Position numbers and translations under genes: made by a program. Shown piece by piece: positions 10,873-23,899 of a DNA stretch of 64,000 bases. The notes under the pieces are model-generated. The model was not told the DNA's origin, searched no databases, and saw only the letters and a list, made by a program, of their open reading frames with translations. Positions within the stretch are counted from its first letter, which is position 1. Every line of letters begins with the position of its first letter. The DNA lies in NCBI GenBank assembly GCA_963575745.1, contig CAUYUJ010000270.1, positions 310,001 to 374,000 of the forward strand. Reading direction: 5' to 3'. This DNA is from Prorocentrum cordatum (taxonomy: Eukaryota).

Positions 10873-13667
10873 TCATTTGCATGTATAGCACTTCAGGGTG
10901 CCCTTCTTTTCGTCGCGTGCGACATTGGCAGGGTTCCCGGGAAACGCCGACTTCGGTAGTCTCCTCTCGCACGCGCCGCTGCACTGATACGCTCGGCAAC
11001 TGCGCGCTGTGAACCCGAGTTTCTCACAGCCCCCGCACGCCACTTCGAGATGTTTCGTCTTTCGATGATGTCCCACTTGCGCTGGCGTCGAATGTTTCGT
11101 GTCCGAGAACGCTCCTCCGCGCGCCGCGCGCGTCAGCGGCTTCGCGCCCGCCTCAACTTTCCGCTTCTTATCCTTCAGCTCGCGCGTCGCCCCCCCGCGC
11201 TCTTCCGCGCACCTCCGACATAGCCTCTCCCCTGCTGCTTCGTGCTTCTTCTGAGCATCGGACATCTCCGCCTCCTCTGGGAATGCCGCCAGACAGTCAT
11301 CGTTCAAACAAAGCACTTGGCCCACGCGTTTCCTATTATTCGACTCGCGCGTCGTCCTCTCACGTTCTTCCGCGCATTTCCGACGCAACCTCTCCCCTGC
11401 TGCTTTGTGCTTCTTCTGGGCTTCGGACATATCCGCCTCCTCTGGGAATAGCGCCAGACAGTCATCGCTCGAACAACGCACCGTGCCCGCGCTCTCGGAC
11501 CGTGTCGCGTTGCAACGGCGAGACTTCTGTTGCCCTTTGACACCGCTGCACTTGACGCAGCACAAGGTCCGAATTCTTTTCGCGTCGACCCCATCGCCAA
11601 CACCTGCCACGCCCCCGTCGCCGCCCCCCTGCACGCCTCCATCGCCCTGCGCTTCCGTTGCCCATCCGTCGCACGTCTTGCGCCATTTCTCGCCCCGGCC
11701 CTTCATCTCGGCGGTGCACTCTTTACAAAACGCTGGCCACTCCTTCCGCTGGACCTCGTACTTCGCGAACGCCTTCACCAGCAGCCGTCGTCGGCAACGC
11801 CCGCGCTGATCGCGCGGCATCAGCTTCGCCCCCCACTCCTCCCAGTCCACTTTCTCCCCGCGAAGCACCTGCAACAGCTTCTGCGCGCCTGGCATCTCGC
11901 CATCGCTGTGCGGCTTCCTATCGAAAGGCCGGAAAATCAACAAGTCATTCCGCCTCCGGGCCCGCGTAATGGCCGCATAACTGGACATCCAACTTGCGCC
12001 GCGCCCTCTCTCCAGATCCGCAATGACAGCGCACGTGGTCCTCCCTTGCGCGGCGTGGGCTGTGACTGCCAGCGCTGGAGTAATCATGAACTGCGTGCGC
12101 TTCGCGCCCAAGACTGGATGCTTCCGATACTCATCCAAAAACCACAGGCGCCCCTTTGAAGGGACAATTGGGCACAGCCCCGGTTCCCACCCTGGCAGGT
12201 GCCACTCCTTCGTATGGAAATCCAACACTATCATCTTGGGCACGTGCGACAAGACCTCTTCGCCCGCGTCTCCCACGACCTCGTCCTCGTGCTACACCCA
12301 TCCATGAATCGTCGCTGTGCGCCCCCGCAGCAGCTGTTTCTTCGACCTATCCAGATGATCTCCAAGCGCCGCGGGTATCCCTTTCGCCAACGGGAGCCGC
12401 CCTGGCAGGCCTCCGCACACTTTCTCGTGGCACCCCAGCCACCGCATTTTATCCCCCACCGTGCACGGCCGCCTTTGCTTCCCCCCATGGCAGGGCTGGT
12501 CTCTCCCAGCGACCCGCAGAATCTGTTCCCCCCGGTCCCTCGCCCATTGCACTGCTCTCTGCTTCTCAACGTGACGCCGAATGTCCTGGTTCGCATAAAT
12601 CGCAACGGCCCCCACAAACCTCTCCTCCCTGAATCGCGCGTCCTCCGGCGACGTCGCCACCAGCTTCCTCTTCTCTCGCTCAGCTTTGCAAGCCCCGCAC
12701 TCTAGAGCACTGTTCTTCGCAATTTCCTCTACCATCGCCCCGCAGCGCGCGTTCCCGCACTGCGGGGCGCCGCTCGCCCATGATCCCGGCACGTCCGTTG
12801 GCCTGCCATGCTAAAAATCATGCGTCCGCTCGGTCAGCTCTCCGCGACGGAACTCGTCTTGCACCCCTAGAAACCAGTCATCCTGGTCCTCCACGCGCTT
12901 GCACTCCGTCAGTTCTGTCATGCCTTGAACTGCCCCTTCGCCACCCGCTCCCCAGAAAATGCGTTGCCCGCGATCCCCTGTAGCTCCCGGCGCGTACTTC
13001 CTCGCATTTTTGAAATACCACGTGGGCAGCGCATTGTGATTGCCGTTCCCGACGGCGGGTCCAGCTGATTAAAAGCCCCGCTGAATAAAACGTTCACGCC
13101 CCCGAAGGGCCTGTCTGCGCCGCCTCCCCCTACCTTTGTATCGCTCGCTGCAGACATGCACGACCGTAGTTGCGAATCCAGCTCTGCCGGAAAATTCGCG
13201 CTCAACATGCTCACCTCGTCAACGAATGTCGCATGCGACATTCGTTGCGCAGCCACCTCCGTATTCGTCTTCCTCTTCGCCTCGGCGTCCTTCTCACCGT
13301 CTGCGACAGGTCCCTTCGTCTTCTTCACACTCAGTGCAGATGCACTGTGAATGGTGTTCCCGCCCAGCGCTGGCGCATTGGTGGCCTGCAAAACTGCTAC
13401 CTGGAAGTCAATGCCGCGCGTCCACCCCATCTCCTTCTCGAACAGCTCCCTCCGAACCTTGCCAATTACGAAGCTCTTCCCGGTCCCTGGGCCACCGTGC
13501 AGAACCCACAACAGAGGCTCCATTCCCGCGCCTTTCTCGGCCACCTTCTGCCCCCGCGCCGGGGGCGAGAACTCCTGCGCCAGAACCCGATCGGCCATTT
13601 TCTCAACAATGCTCCGTTGACCCGCATTGAGCCCACCAGCAGCGAGCTGGCGTTTCCACCTGCGCAC
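10873..13667 (-). pseudogene. PIF1-family helicase (Helitron type) with Cys-rich tail, frameshifted
   Basis: LHGGPGTGKSFVI (Walker A), FVDEVSML (Walker B), RPFGGVNVLFSGAFNQLDP, AVTAHAAQGRT; spread over ORFs 12918-13667, 12292-12792 and 10873-12276. Confidence 0.85.
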
Positions 13668-13766
13668 GCTCGACGCCGTCGCCTTCTTTCCCGCGGCGAC
13701 CTCTGGGGCCCTGCCCTCTTCCGACCCGCCTTCCCCTTCCTGAGCTCTCGACGCGGCTGCCGCTGC

Positions 13767-15356
13767 CTATGCCTGCTTCACTTCATCGTCGCCCCGCGCT
13801 AGTGCACCATCTCCTGCGTGCTTCCGTCGCTTCTTGCCTTTCTTACTCATGCTGTCGCCCCACGCGGCGTCGCCCCTTGCCATTGCCTCCTTGCTTTTGT
13901 CTGTTGCGCCCTCCACGCTTGCATTCACCCGGCGGTCTTCCTTCTCCATGGGCGCGCCCCCGACGCGCGTCTTCAGCCGCGCGGCCGCCTCCGCCATCCG
14001 CGGGCCCAACTCTTCGTCGCTATAAAGCTCGTCTTCGTGCTTGACGAGATCTTCGTCAGTGGCCGGTCGCATGGCCACCGCGCCCATGTAGTTATGGACG
14101 TACCTCTTCGTTTCCTCACACGGCATGCCCCCCTTGAGCCACTCCATGGCCGCTTCTGCCCACGACCCGCGCGCGCCGCATAGGTCCCGCAGGCGCGGCG
14201 CCCCACCCCCTCCGTCTTCGCGCCGAGTGAAGGCCCGAAAGTACGCCATCAGCAATAGCCCATTATTGTCTTCTTGACCTGATCCATGCTTCGACTGCGG
14301 CGCCCCGTGGAAGCTGGGATTCCTCGGCCGCGCGTTCCGCGCCAGCGCCCGCGTGCGCCTCAGGGTCTCCATCCCAAGGGTATCGGGGAATGGCGCCCAC
14401 CCATCCCGCCGGCCTTCCATCGCAACGTAGTCCTCCCCCGCCAGCCGCTGCGCCCCTCCCTTCACGTCGCCCGCCCCGGCTTCCAAATCCCCGCGGCTAC
14501 TCTCGCGAACCTTCTGCGCGCCCGACGGCGTCAATGTCGCCTGGTACTCGTCGCTCGCAGCCGCTCCCAACTCCCATTCGCTTCGCGGGTGCGCCGCCAT
14601 TTCCACGCGCCAGCGCCGCAGAAAGTCATGGGGCGACAACCGCGCCAGGTCGTGCGCTCCCGGGTGGTCGATGGGGCGCATGCCGTACAAATACACCGGG
14701 CTCTTGGAGACGATGCGCACCTTCTTCGAGCCCTCCCGCTCGTCCGCCTCCAACGTCCCCGATGCGAGGGCGGGCGCGCCTACTCCGTCGGCGTGCAGCC
14801 GTTCCGCCAGACGCACTACTTCAGCCCCTGGCATCATGGCTGTCTGCGCGGTCTTGATGCTCTCGGCCGCGGCCACGTCTCTGGGGTCCCTGTGCGCGCG
14901 CAAGTTCGCGCTCTCCTGCGCCGACCGCACCGCGCCTCTCCCGTGCATGTCACTCGGGAACCTCTTCATGTGCCTATTTGCCCGATACGCCGCGGTCCTG
15001 TCCTTCGTCTGCTCCGTCAGCGCATGGCGACCTTTCTTCATCTCCTCTACCTCTTTAAACGACGGCGCGCACCGCTTGCGCTGAAAGTCCGCCGCGTACC
15101 CCGCCGCAGAATTCTGCGCGCGCTGCGCTGCGAGCGCCATGTCCATGGGCCGGTCCGTCTCCCAACACCGCTCTCCGCACGCGACCTCGTCATGCGTGGC
15201 TTCCGTGACGGGGAACCTGTAAGGAATCTGGAGGTCGCTGTTAAAATTCAACCCCACAGCTCCGCTCAGCATAGCCGGCAGGGTGCCGTTCAGATTCTCT
15301 TCGTTCATGGGCCCATGCAAGCAGCCCGTCATGTTCCTCCTGCCTGCGCGCGGCAT
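13767..15356 (-). pseudogene. Helitron Rep C-terminal/linker region, decayed
   Basis: FNSDLQ...AAGYAADFQRKR resembles the Rep NxDxQ...YxxxYxxK segment and lies directly upstream of the helicase; no HUH motif seen. Confidence 0.6.
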
Positions 15357-16891
15357 GTCACGAGCTTCCAGAAACCCTTACGGCCCTGTCTATCAACCAC
15401 GACGCGCGTGGAAAGAAGCTCTTGCATTGCGTCGTGTCCTCCTTCTTCTGGCAATGAGCCAACGGCGCCATCCGCTGCAGTCGCTTGCTCCACTAGTGCA
15501 CATGGTGCTGCCGGAACTCCTGCCCTCGTTGAACCCGCATGCCCAGGTGCTCCTGCAGCCACGCGCGGCCCTCCACGCGGATGCGCTCTTCGCTTCCTGG
15601 CCCACATGGCCCGACTTGCGCGTTCTTCGGGCCGCCCTGCTCCGTCTCCCCGCCCTCCTTGGTTTCCTCCGCAGCCCTGGTTGCTGCGCGCCGCAGATGC
15701 TCCGCCGCCGCTACCGGGCCCGCCGTCTCGCGGTACGATGGCCACTCCTTCTCCACCCCCTGCCCCTGCCGATGTCCATTCAGCTTTGAATGGCGCCCCC
15801 ATGCCTTCCATTCCGCAGGGAGGCCATGACCGCCGTGCAGTTTCAGCCACACCCGGCGCCCAAGTAGCTGAATTTGCCGTTGCGGTCACTGACAAAATCG
15901 CTTTGGCTGAACTTGCAAGCAACAGTGGCAATGTTCACTCGGCCAGTCTTGCTGCTCTGGTGGGCCGTCTTCGCTTGTCTGTTCTTGCTGCTCTGGTTGG
16001 CTGGCGTGCTCCGGTTCTGTTTCTGGCTCTGCTTGACGGAACCGCGCTTTCCTTTCGTTCAACTGAATCCACAGCAGAGCACGCGCCTCTGCATCGTACA
16101 GCAGCCCCTCCTCTATCTGCTGAACATGCATGCTGGACTTGAACATGCATGCTGAAATCGGACGCCTTGCGTCTCTGTTCGAACAGCGGCGCCCGCCGGG
16201 CCCTTCGGGGCCAGCGCTCAGAAGCGCGCGCGGCCCCCATGCCTGGACTACGCGGCCACGCGCCGGCGATGCCGCTGCCCGTTGCACGCCGGCTGGCGCG
16301 CCGCGCACTGATGTTGGCGTTGGTGCACTACGTTGTGGCCCTGCAGCTGTTTGTGGGCGCGCGGGTGTTCTGGCGTCGGCCTGCGTCGTCGATGTAAATG
16401 GTAGCGAAGACAATGGTCCGGTCCGTGCCTGGTCCGCCTGGGCGGTCCATGCCGGTCTCCGGGCGTTGCTGCTGGCCCCCCTCGCAGTGCTCAGCGACGC
16501 CGGTGCCGGTGCCCGCCGCGCTGCTCGCGGAGGCCGCCGTGCGGCTGGCCCCGGTCTGCAGCCGATCCCACTGGCGGCATCTCCGCCTCCTTGCGCTGCT
16601 CCTCTTGCCCCTATCGATACTCCTCGGCAGCCAGGAGAGATCCCGCGACGCCCTTCTCCTGAGCGCGAAAGGTCACTGGCTTGCCCGTTAGTCCTCCTCT
16701 TGTTGCCCTCCTCCTCGTCCTCCTCCTCCTCCGCCTCCTCCTCCTCCCTGCCGGTGTCTCCCTGACTCCTCAGTTGCCCCCCCCCTCCCCTCAGCGCCCG
16801 CGCGCCGCGCAGCACTCGGCTCTGGCGCGGCCTCGAAGCTGCGCTCAGCAGCGCCGCTCGCGGCGCCGCGGGCGCCAGGCCGCTGGCGGCA

Positions 16892-18172
16892 ATGATCCCA
16901 GGGGCTGCCCTCGTCATGGATGCGGTGGCGAGCAAATTTGGATCAGATTCCCCCGCCAGCGAATTGAAAGACATATTCCTGCGCGCCAGGTTGTCCACGG
17001 CAGAGGAGCTAAGGGCACTTTCTGAGACTGCGTCCATCGCAGACATGGTCAATGAATTGCCTACGTACTGGCGTGACCTTAAGAATCCAGACGCACATTG
17101 CCACCCAGGCGTCAGGGCAGCATTGTTGAAGGTGGTGAAGGCGATCTGCCCCGTCTCGGCGCCTGTGGCACCCGAGCGGCCAGGAGAGGCGTCAGCCCCA
17201 GCAGGTGCCCAGAACCAGTTGCGCCTATTGCAGGCGGCTTTGGCGCTCAGCAGCGGGTCCGCGATGTCGGTCCTTGGGGAAGAGACCAAGGGCGACCTTG
17301 GCCATCTCATCGAGGCGGCAGGCCTCGGCGAGCCCGCGCTGCGCGCCTACCCCGCGACCAAGCAACTGCAGTTACGCGACGCCGCCGCGAAACTCAGCAA
17401 GCCCCTGCCGCATGAGGACTCCATCGAGGGGCTCGAAAAGTCCAGGTCCTGGACGGAGGGCCGGGCCTTTGCGGAATGGGTCGTAGCCTTCATTCGCTAC
17501 TCTTGGGCTGGCTTGCTGCACGGTCGCATCACAGCCGCGTCGGTGTTGAATCGCATCGACAAGGTCGCGCGGCTGGCGGCGGACACTGCCAGCCCGGCTT
17601 CGCAGGCTGAGAAGAACGCCCTCGCCTACGACCAGCTGGTCAGGAGCGCCGCTTGGGCTGCAGCCAAGCGCAAGGCCGACCCAGCGGCCTTTGCAACAAC
17701 TATGTCCGGTGACAAGCAGGACTTGGTCACGCAGACAAAGGAGGAAGCGAAGGATGTCAAGCTCCACGCCCTGGGCGCGAGCACGAGGGCCCAGCGGAAG
17801 CCGGATGCGGCCCACTTCTGCTTCGGGCATTTCTACGGCAAGTGCGACATGCACGATCGTGGCAAGACGTGCGTCTTCCACCGCGAATGCCCGTTCTGCG
17901 CCAAGACACAGGAGGGCTGCCTAGCGAACCACATCAAGCCGCTCGGCCTGGAGCTGATCAAGACCAGGGACAAACGTGCCCTCGAGGAGCGCGCCAGCGG
18001 CAAGGGCGCAACCAAAGGCGGGCACCCGTGGTCGCGCGGGCGCGGTGCTGAGGACCGGGCCGACGGCGGGCGGGCGGGGCGCGGCGCAGGCGCTCCCGCT
18101 CCCGCAGCCGCGGGCTCGCGCCGGCCAAGCGCGAGCACTAGGGGTGCCCAGCTGCCGGGGGGCCCCCGCTAG
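16892..18172 (+). CDS. gag-like protein with CCCH-like zinc finger
   Basis: 426-aa open frame right after repeat A1; HFCFGHFYGKC...CVFHRECPFC. Confidence 0.7.
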   Translation: MIPGAALVMDAVASKFGSDSPASELKDIFLRARLSTAEELRALSETASIADMVNELPTYWRDLKNPDAHCHPGVRAALLKVVKAICPVSAPVAPERPGEASAPAGAQNQLRLLQAALALSSGSAMSVLGEETKGDLGHLIEAAGLGEPALRAYPATKQLQLRDAAAKLSKPLPHEDSIEGLEKSRSWTEGRAFAEWVVAFIRYSWAGLLHGRITAASVLNRIDKVARLAADTASPASQAEKNALAYDQLVRSAAWAAAKRKADPAAFATTMSGDKQDLVTQTKEEAKDVKLHALGASTRAQRKPDAAHFCFGHFYGKCDMHDRGKTCVFHRECPFCAKTQEGCLANHIKPLGLELIKTRDKRALEERASGKGATKGGHPWSRGRGAEDRADGGRAGRGAGAPAPAAAGSRRPSASTRGAQLPGGPR

Positions 18173-18261
18173 CGGCCAGGGCCCGCCCCGCGGCGGTTGG
18201 GAAGACGCCCGGGCCCGCCGCCGCCGCTCCGCCTGCCGAGCCAGCAAACCACGAGGCGACG

Positions 18262-20260
18262 TTGGCGCGGGCTCAGTCAGCGCCCTTCGCGCTCCCGGAG
18301 CCAGGCTGCAATTGGGAGCAATCGCTCTGCGATGCTATGTCGCTCAGGGCCAAGCTTGGCGCGGGCTTGTCTGATTTCCAGCAGCAGCAGTGGCGCAAGC
18401 TCGCCAGCTGGAAACAGCACTTCCAGGCCACCGGCGAGCAGGCGCAGCGGGCAAGCAGCATGCCCGCGAGCGTCAGGCACGTCTGCGGCCACCTGCAGGG
18501 CCCGCTCCTCAAGGCCGCCTTGAGGGCGGCTCGCCACGACGACGCCGGCTTTGTCGATGACCTGCACGGCGGGTTCCCGGCGATCGGGTGCATCCCCCCG
18601 AGCGGCACCTGGTCGCCGCGCGCGCAGCAGCCCGCCGACGAGCTCAGCGACCTCTTGCAGGCAGCCAGAGAGCGTCAAGGCGCTGGCCGCGACTCCCTGG
18701 CAACTGCGCACCAGGGCGAGCTGTGGTCGGCGGTCGCCGCGCAAGCCGCGCGCGGGCGCTTCGAGGTTGTCCCGGGCCCTGGGCTCTCAGACCTGGGGCG
18801 CCGAGTCCGATGTCAGCTTGGCGATTTCGTCGACCAGCTATACTTCGGCGTCGAGCAGGACGGCAAAGTCCGCGGCTGCCAAGGATCTCGCGCTTCTGGC
18901 GTGGCTGCTTCCACCCAGCTGAACGAGGAGATGCACATGATGGGCATCGACGGCGTCGCCGCGTTTGCCCGGGCAGGCGCGAGCGTCCACCCGCAGGAGC
19001 AGCTCAATTTGGCCAAAGTTGTCTGGAAGAAGATGTTCCACCAGGCGGGCTTGCTCCCCGAGCATCGCCGGTTCTTCGTCTCCTTCGTGCTCGACGCGGA
19101 CAAGGGCGAGCTGGTCGCAGTCATTCCCAATTGCATGACATTCGGCGGCCGCGCCCAGCCACAGCAGTGTTGGCGTATGCCGCGGGTAGTCGCGACGGTG
19201 GCCCGCCGTTTCTTCGGGCTGCTTTGCGACCATCACGTAGACGACGTGGTCGGGTGCGCTCCCCAGAGCCTAGCCGCTGGCGAATTTCGGCTGCTGCGCG
19301 ACCTGCGCGAGCTCTTGGGCCTCGAGGTCGCTGGGGCCGGGGGCCCGGAGGACAAGTTCTTCGAGACGAGGCGCGGCGGCGTGCTTCTGGGGGCCGCCTT
19401 CCACCTGCCACCGCCGCGCGGCATGGCGTACGACGTTCTCGTGGAGTGGTCGATCCCCGCGCGGAAGGCCACCGCGTGCGCGACCGAGTTGTCGCAGGCG
19501 CGAGACAAGTGCACCCCGGGCGCGGCGTCCAAGCTGGGGGGGCGCTTCACTTGGGCCTTCTCCGCGGCGCGGGGCAAGGCAGGTGGCATGCATCTTCCTC
19601 CGGGCTACCTACGACCAAGCCCACGGGTCGACGTCGCGGACGGATCACCGTTTCCGGATGTCCGTCGACGGCCTGCGCGAGATGCCCAGCGCGCCGGGGC
19701 CCGGGCAGTTTTCCAGGCCGGTGCTGCGCCGGCCTCGATCGCGCCCGCACTGCGCTCTGATCGGAGACGCCAGAGGCCGCGGCGAGCCGCGCGGCACTGA
19801 GGCGTTGGGGGCCATCTTCCTGGACGTGCGGCAGCCAGTCGCCGAGTTCTTCGTCGCGCCCGCGGACTCGGCCCTCGAGCGCTTCCTGCCCCCCGGGCGG
19901 GAACAGCGCATCAACGAGGCCGAGGCCCTCTGGGTCTGGCTTGCTTTTCGGACGCGGGGCCGCCATCTGGAAGGCGCAGACGCCGCCGTCGTCGTGGACA
20001 GCTCCGCGGCGGAGGGCGTCATCCGCAAGGGCATTAGCGGATCGGTCGCGCTATGTTGCCTGAGCGCAGAGGTGTGGCGGGGCGCCCGCCTGCGAGGCGC
20101 GCGCCCCTGGGTGGCCCGCGCCCCGTCCGAGGCGAATCCGGCAGATCCGCTGAGCCGTTTGATCTTCCAGCCGGCTCTGGCGCGCGGCTGGTGCCAGGTG
20201 TCCGCGGACGCGCCGACGCAGTGGCATTTCGATCCCCGCTTGTGGGGCCGGCGACCGCCC
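18262..20260 (+). pseudogene. DIRS-group reverse transcriptase and RNase H
   Basis: DDLHGGFP, FGVEQDGKVR, CMTFGG, HHVDD; after a frameshift LIGDA, INEAEAL, VVDSSAA, RAPSEANPADPLSR. Confidence 0.85.
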
Positions 20261-21076
20261 GCGCGGGTTGTCATCTATGTGGGGCAGGGCTGTTCGCAGC
20301 TTCCCCGTGGCCGTTTCCGGGGCAGGGCCGGCGCCCCCTCGGTTTCCTTTCTGGGGCGGGGCTTTCGGGCACCCCCAACTCGTCGCAGGGCAGGGCTTGC
20401 GCCTCCCTGTTCTTCCGCGCGGGGGCTGGGCCCGCGCACCTCCGCTTCGTCTTCCTAGGTCCGGCCTGCGCTGCTTCCATTTCTCACTCCCCGGCCGCGC
20501 CGTGGGCGAGGCCGCGCGCCCGGCCAGCATCGAGCAGCGGCCCGGCACCGGCAATGCGATTATGAACATCTTTGATTCGCAGTGCATCTACATCGTCATC
20601 GTCATCGTCGTTGTCTTTGCCTTCTTCGTCATCGCCGTCTACTTCGCCCATCCTTCTCGCTCCCTTCCTTCACCTTGTTCGGGGAGCCCGGGGGCCCCGA
20701 GTGCGAGTCCGATTTGCTCGCGGGACTCGGCCAGGGCAGTAGCGCGACGGGCCGTGAGCCCACTGTGCAGTGAGAGCTGCCGATGGGGCCTGCTGCTGCC
20801 TGCTGCTGCCCGTTCCCTCCTGCCCCTCCCTCGCGCCCCCCCCCCCCCCCCCCCTGTTCCTGCCCCCCCCCCCCTTCCCCCCCCTCTCCCTCCTCCAGGA
20901 TGGGGGGCGAGAGGTCTCTCCGAGGCGGCGGGTTCGGCACCCGGGCTTGACCCCATTGAACGTTCGTGACCCTTTCATCTTCGATGGCTGCTCGTTCTGG
21001 CGTCGCGGGCCAGGGAAGTGCGGGCCCAGCGGAAGCGAAATTCACCCCCCAGACCTCTCGATGCCAAGATTCGGGC

Positions 21077-21600
21077 CTCGGGGAGTTCGTTCCGGGAGCC
21101 TGTCTTCGCGCATGCGGCCAGCGATGCACGGAAGACTTGTGAACCTGAGTTCGGTCTTTGCCCACTCGGGCGGGCATGTCTGGAAGCGCTGATCCAGCGG
21201 ATTGCCCTCCCTGGAGTTCTCGATCCCAAGTTTCCTCTTCGATGGGCTGTCGTGCCAGGCCTCGGGGAGCTCGTTCCAGGTGTCTGTCTTCGTGCATGCG
21301 GCCGGCGATGCAAGGAAGATTTGTGAACCTGAGTTCGGTCTTTGCCGTTTCTGGCGGTGTTGTCTTGGAGTGCGGATCCAGCGGTTTGCCCTCCCTGGAG
21401 CTCTCGATCCCAAGTTTCCTCTTCGATGGGCTGTCGTGCCGGGTCTCGGGGAGCTCGTTCCAGGTGTCTGTCTTCGTGTATGCGGCCACCAATGCACGGA
21501 AGATTTGTGAACCGGAGTTCGCTCTTTGCCGACTCTCGGGCGGTCACGGTTTCTGGGGGTGCGGATCCAGCGGTATGTTCCCGGAGCTCTCGACCCCTAA
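21077..21600. repeat. 184-bp tandem repeat, about 2.8 copies
   Basis: Units start with CTCGGGGAG at 21077, 21261 and 21445. Confidence 0.9.
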
Positions 21601-22676
21601 ATGGATCTTCCCCATGTTGCCGACGGCCTGGCGCGCGGGCCTCGGTTACCCAGAGCATCCAAACCACAGAAAAACCTGTAAAACGGAAGTCGTTTTGAGT
21701 TCTCGACAATAATATTGTGGATGTATATGTTGGTGGTCTGCTCCTACAATAATATTGTGGGGCCTACAATAATATTCTGCCATTGCAAATATCATGTGTC
21801 ACGATAACAAAGTCAGTGAAAAAAACGTGATTCGTGAAAAAAACGTGATTCGTGAAAACATCGTGTATTTGTATATATATGTATACATATATACATATAT
21901 ATATACATATGTTAACAAGTGTGTGTGTATATATATCAGAGTGAGGGGGCCGAACGGTCATTCACTGTCCCTGGGTGCGTGGCTGAAGTGGGATTCCGCG
22001 GTGCGGATTCGTGTTGTTGTTGTTGTTGTTGTTGTTGTTTGTTGTTGTTGTTGTTTGTTGTCGTCGTCCCACCCGCCACCCGCCCCGCGACCCACCGGCG
22101 ACCCACCCCGCGACCCACCCGCGACCCACCCGCGACCCACCCGCGACCCACCCGCGACCCACCCCGCGACCCACCCCGCGACCCCCGCGACCCACCCGCG
22201 ACCCACCCGCGACCCACCCGCCCCACCCCCCCACCCGCGACCCACCGCGACCCGACCCGCGACCCACCCCGCGACCTCACCCGCGACCCACCCGCGACCC
22301 ACCCGCGACCCACCCGCGACCCACCCGCGACCCACCCCGCGACCCACCCGCGACCCACCCGCGACCCAAACCACGTTCAAGGTACAAACCAACATTTTTC
22401 GGCGCCTGCGGCGGGCTTTTTTTGCATCTTTTGCATTCCTAGGTGGAGAGACCGCAGCCCACCCGCGACCACGTTCAGGGATTTTTCGGCGCCTGCGGCG
22501 GGCACATTCGTTCCTGGTGGAGAACCCGCGGCCCACCAGCGACCCAAACCACGTTCAGTGTACAAACCAAATTTTTCGGCGCCTGCGGCGGGCTGCTTTT
22601 GCAGGAGGACGAGGAGGAGGAGGAGGAGGAGGAGGAGGAGGAGGAGGAGGAGGAGGAGGAGGAGGGGGAGGACGGG

Positions 22677-22717
<41 letters not shown>

Positions 22718-23515
22718 ACGACGGGAGAGGAGGAGGACGACGAGGAGGATCATGACGACAATGGGAGGACGATGATGGAAGGACGAGGGGGGGAGAGGGA
22801 GGACGAGGAAGAAGAGGAGGAGGAGGAGGACGAGGTGGAGGAGGAGGACGACGATGACGATGAAGACGAGGACGAGGACGAGGAATAGGAGGAGGAGAAG
22901 GAGGAGGAAAAGGAGGAGGAGGAGGCGGAGGAGGAGGAGGAGGAGGAGGAGGAGGGGGAGAAGGAGAGCGCCATCGACAGGGAAGGTGGGGGCCACGAGG
23001 TCCGCCGGCTTGACGACGCCCGCGTCGCCCGCGCCCGCCCCCTCACTCTTATCCGCAATTGCGGGGTATATATATATATGTGTGTATACGCATTTACCAG
23101 CACCTCCATAACAATCTTACGCGCCGAAGACGCCGCGCGCGTCGGCGACATTCACTCACGGCCGAAGGCCCTAGACAAGGGTCGAGGATAGGATTACAGG
23201 GGGAACCGTGAGCCAACATGCGCGTCTGCATCCCCCCCCTCATTATCGACCCATGTTTGTTGAAGGCCCGAGAACCCCTCGCAAGTGTTTGGTTTCTAGC
23301 TGCGTTTCCTCAGTCTTCCGCGCCTCGCCACGCACTGGCCGTATTCCAATTGATGAACGGACTGACTTTTACGATTGTATTAGGTCGCGCGCGGCCCGCT
23401 CCTGACAGTCGCCCCATCTCCCCCGTGGCCGATGACGATTCGTCGAACGATCGCTCTTGGGGCGACGGCGACAGGCAACTGACGCCCGTCGACAGTTATG
23501 AGGAAGGGAGTTGCA

Positions 23516-23585
23516 CGCGTTAATGCGTGCACGCATTAACGCGAAGAGGGTCCTCTTCGCGTTAATGCGTGCACGCATTAACGCG
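23516..23585. repeat. 70-bp compound palindrome
   Basis: Two copies of the perfect 28-bp palindrome CGCGTTAATGCGTGCACGCATTAACGCG separated by AAGAGG-GT-CCTCTT. Confidence 0.95.
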
Positions 23586-23804
23586 ATGAATTACGAGGAG
23601 TTTTCAGATTACGTCAGGGTGGCGCGGCGCAGAGCCGTGGGTAGCGTCGACAACCACCCCAGCGAGCCCCTGGAGACCCCGATCCCGCCAGACCAACCCC
23701 CGAGGACCATCTGGCTAGGGTCGCCTGTGGCATGTGAAGCTTCTGGGTCCCCTCCCCTTGTGTGTTTGTTGTTTCCCTCTCTCTCGCTCTCTTCCTCTCC
23801 CTCC

Positions 23805-23837
<33 letters not shown>

Positions 23838-23899
23838 GCTCCCGCCCGTGCCGCCCCCTGTCAGCACATTGCCGTTGTATCTCGAGGTCGAGCTAGACC

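Noticed and set aside
12918..13667. Host PIF1 gene
   Set aside because: Frameshifted, apparently intronless, and adjacent to a Rep-like region inside Helentron-type ends.
14286..16142. 618-aa plus-strand ORF and other long GC-rich antisense ORFs
   Set aside because: Shadow frames of GC-rich TE sequence with no recognisable motifs; 15.4-16.7 kb remains unassigned.
21077..22370. CRISPR-like appearance of the periodic repeats
   Set aside because: Units are contiguous tandem repeats without unique spacers, there are no cas genes, and the context is eukaryotic.
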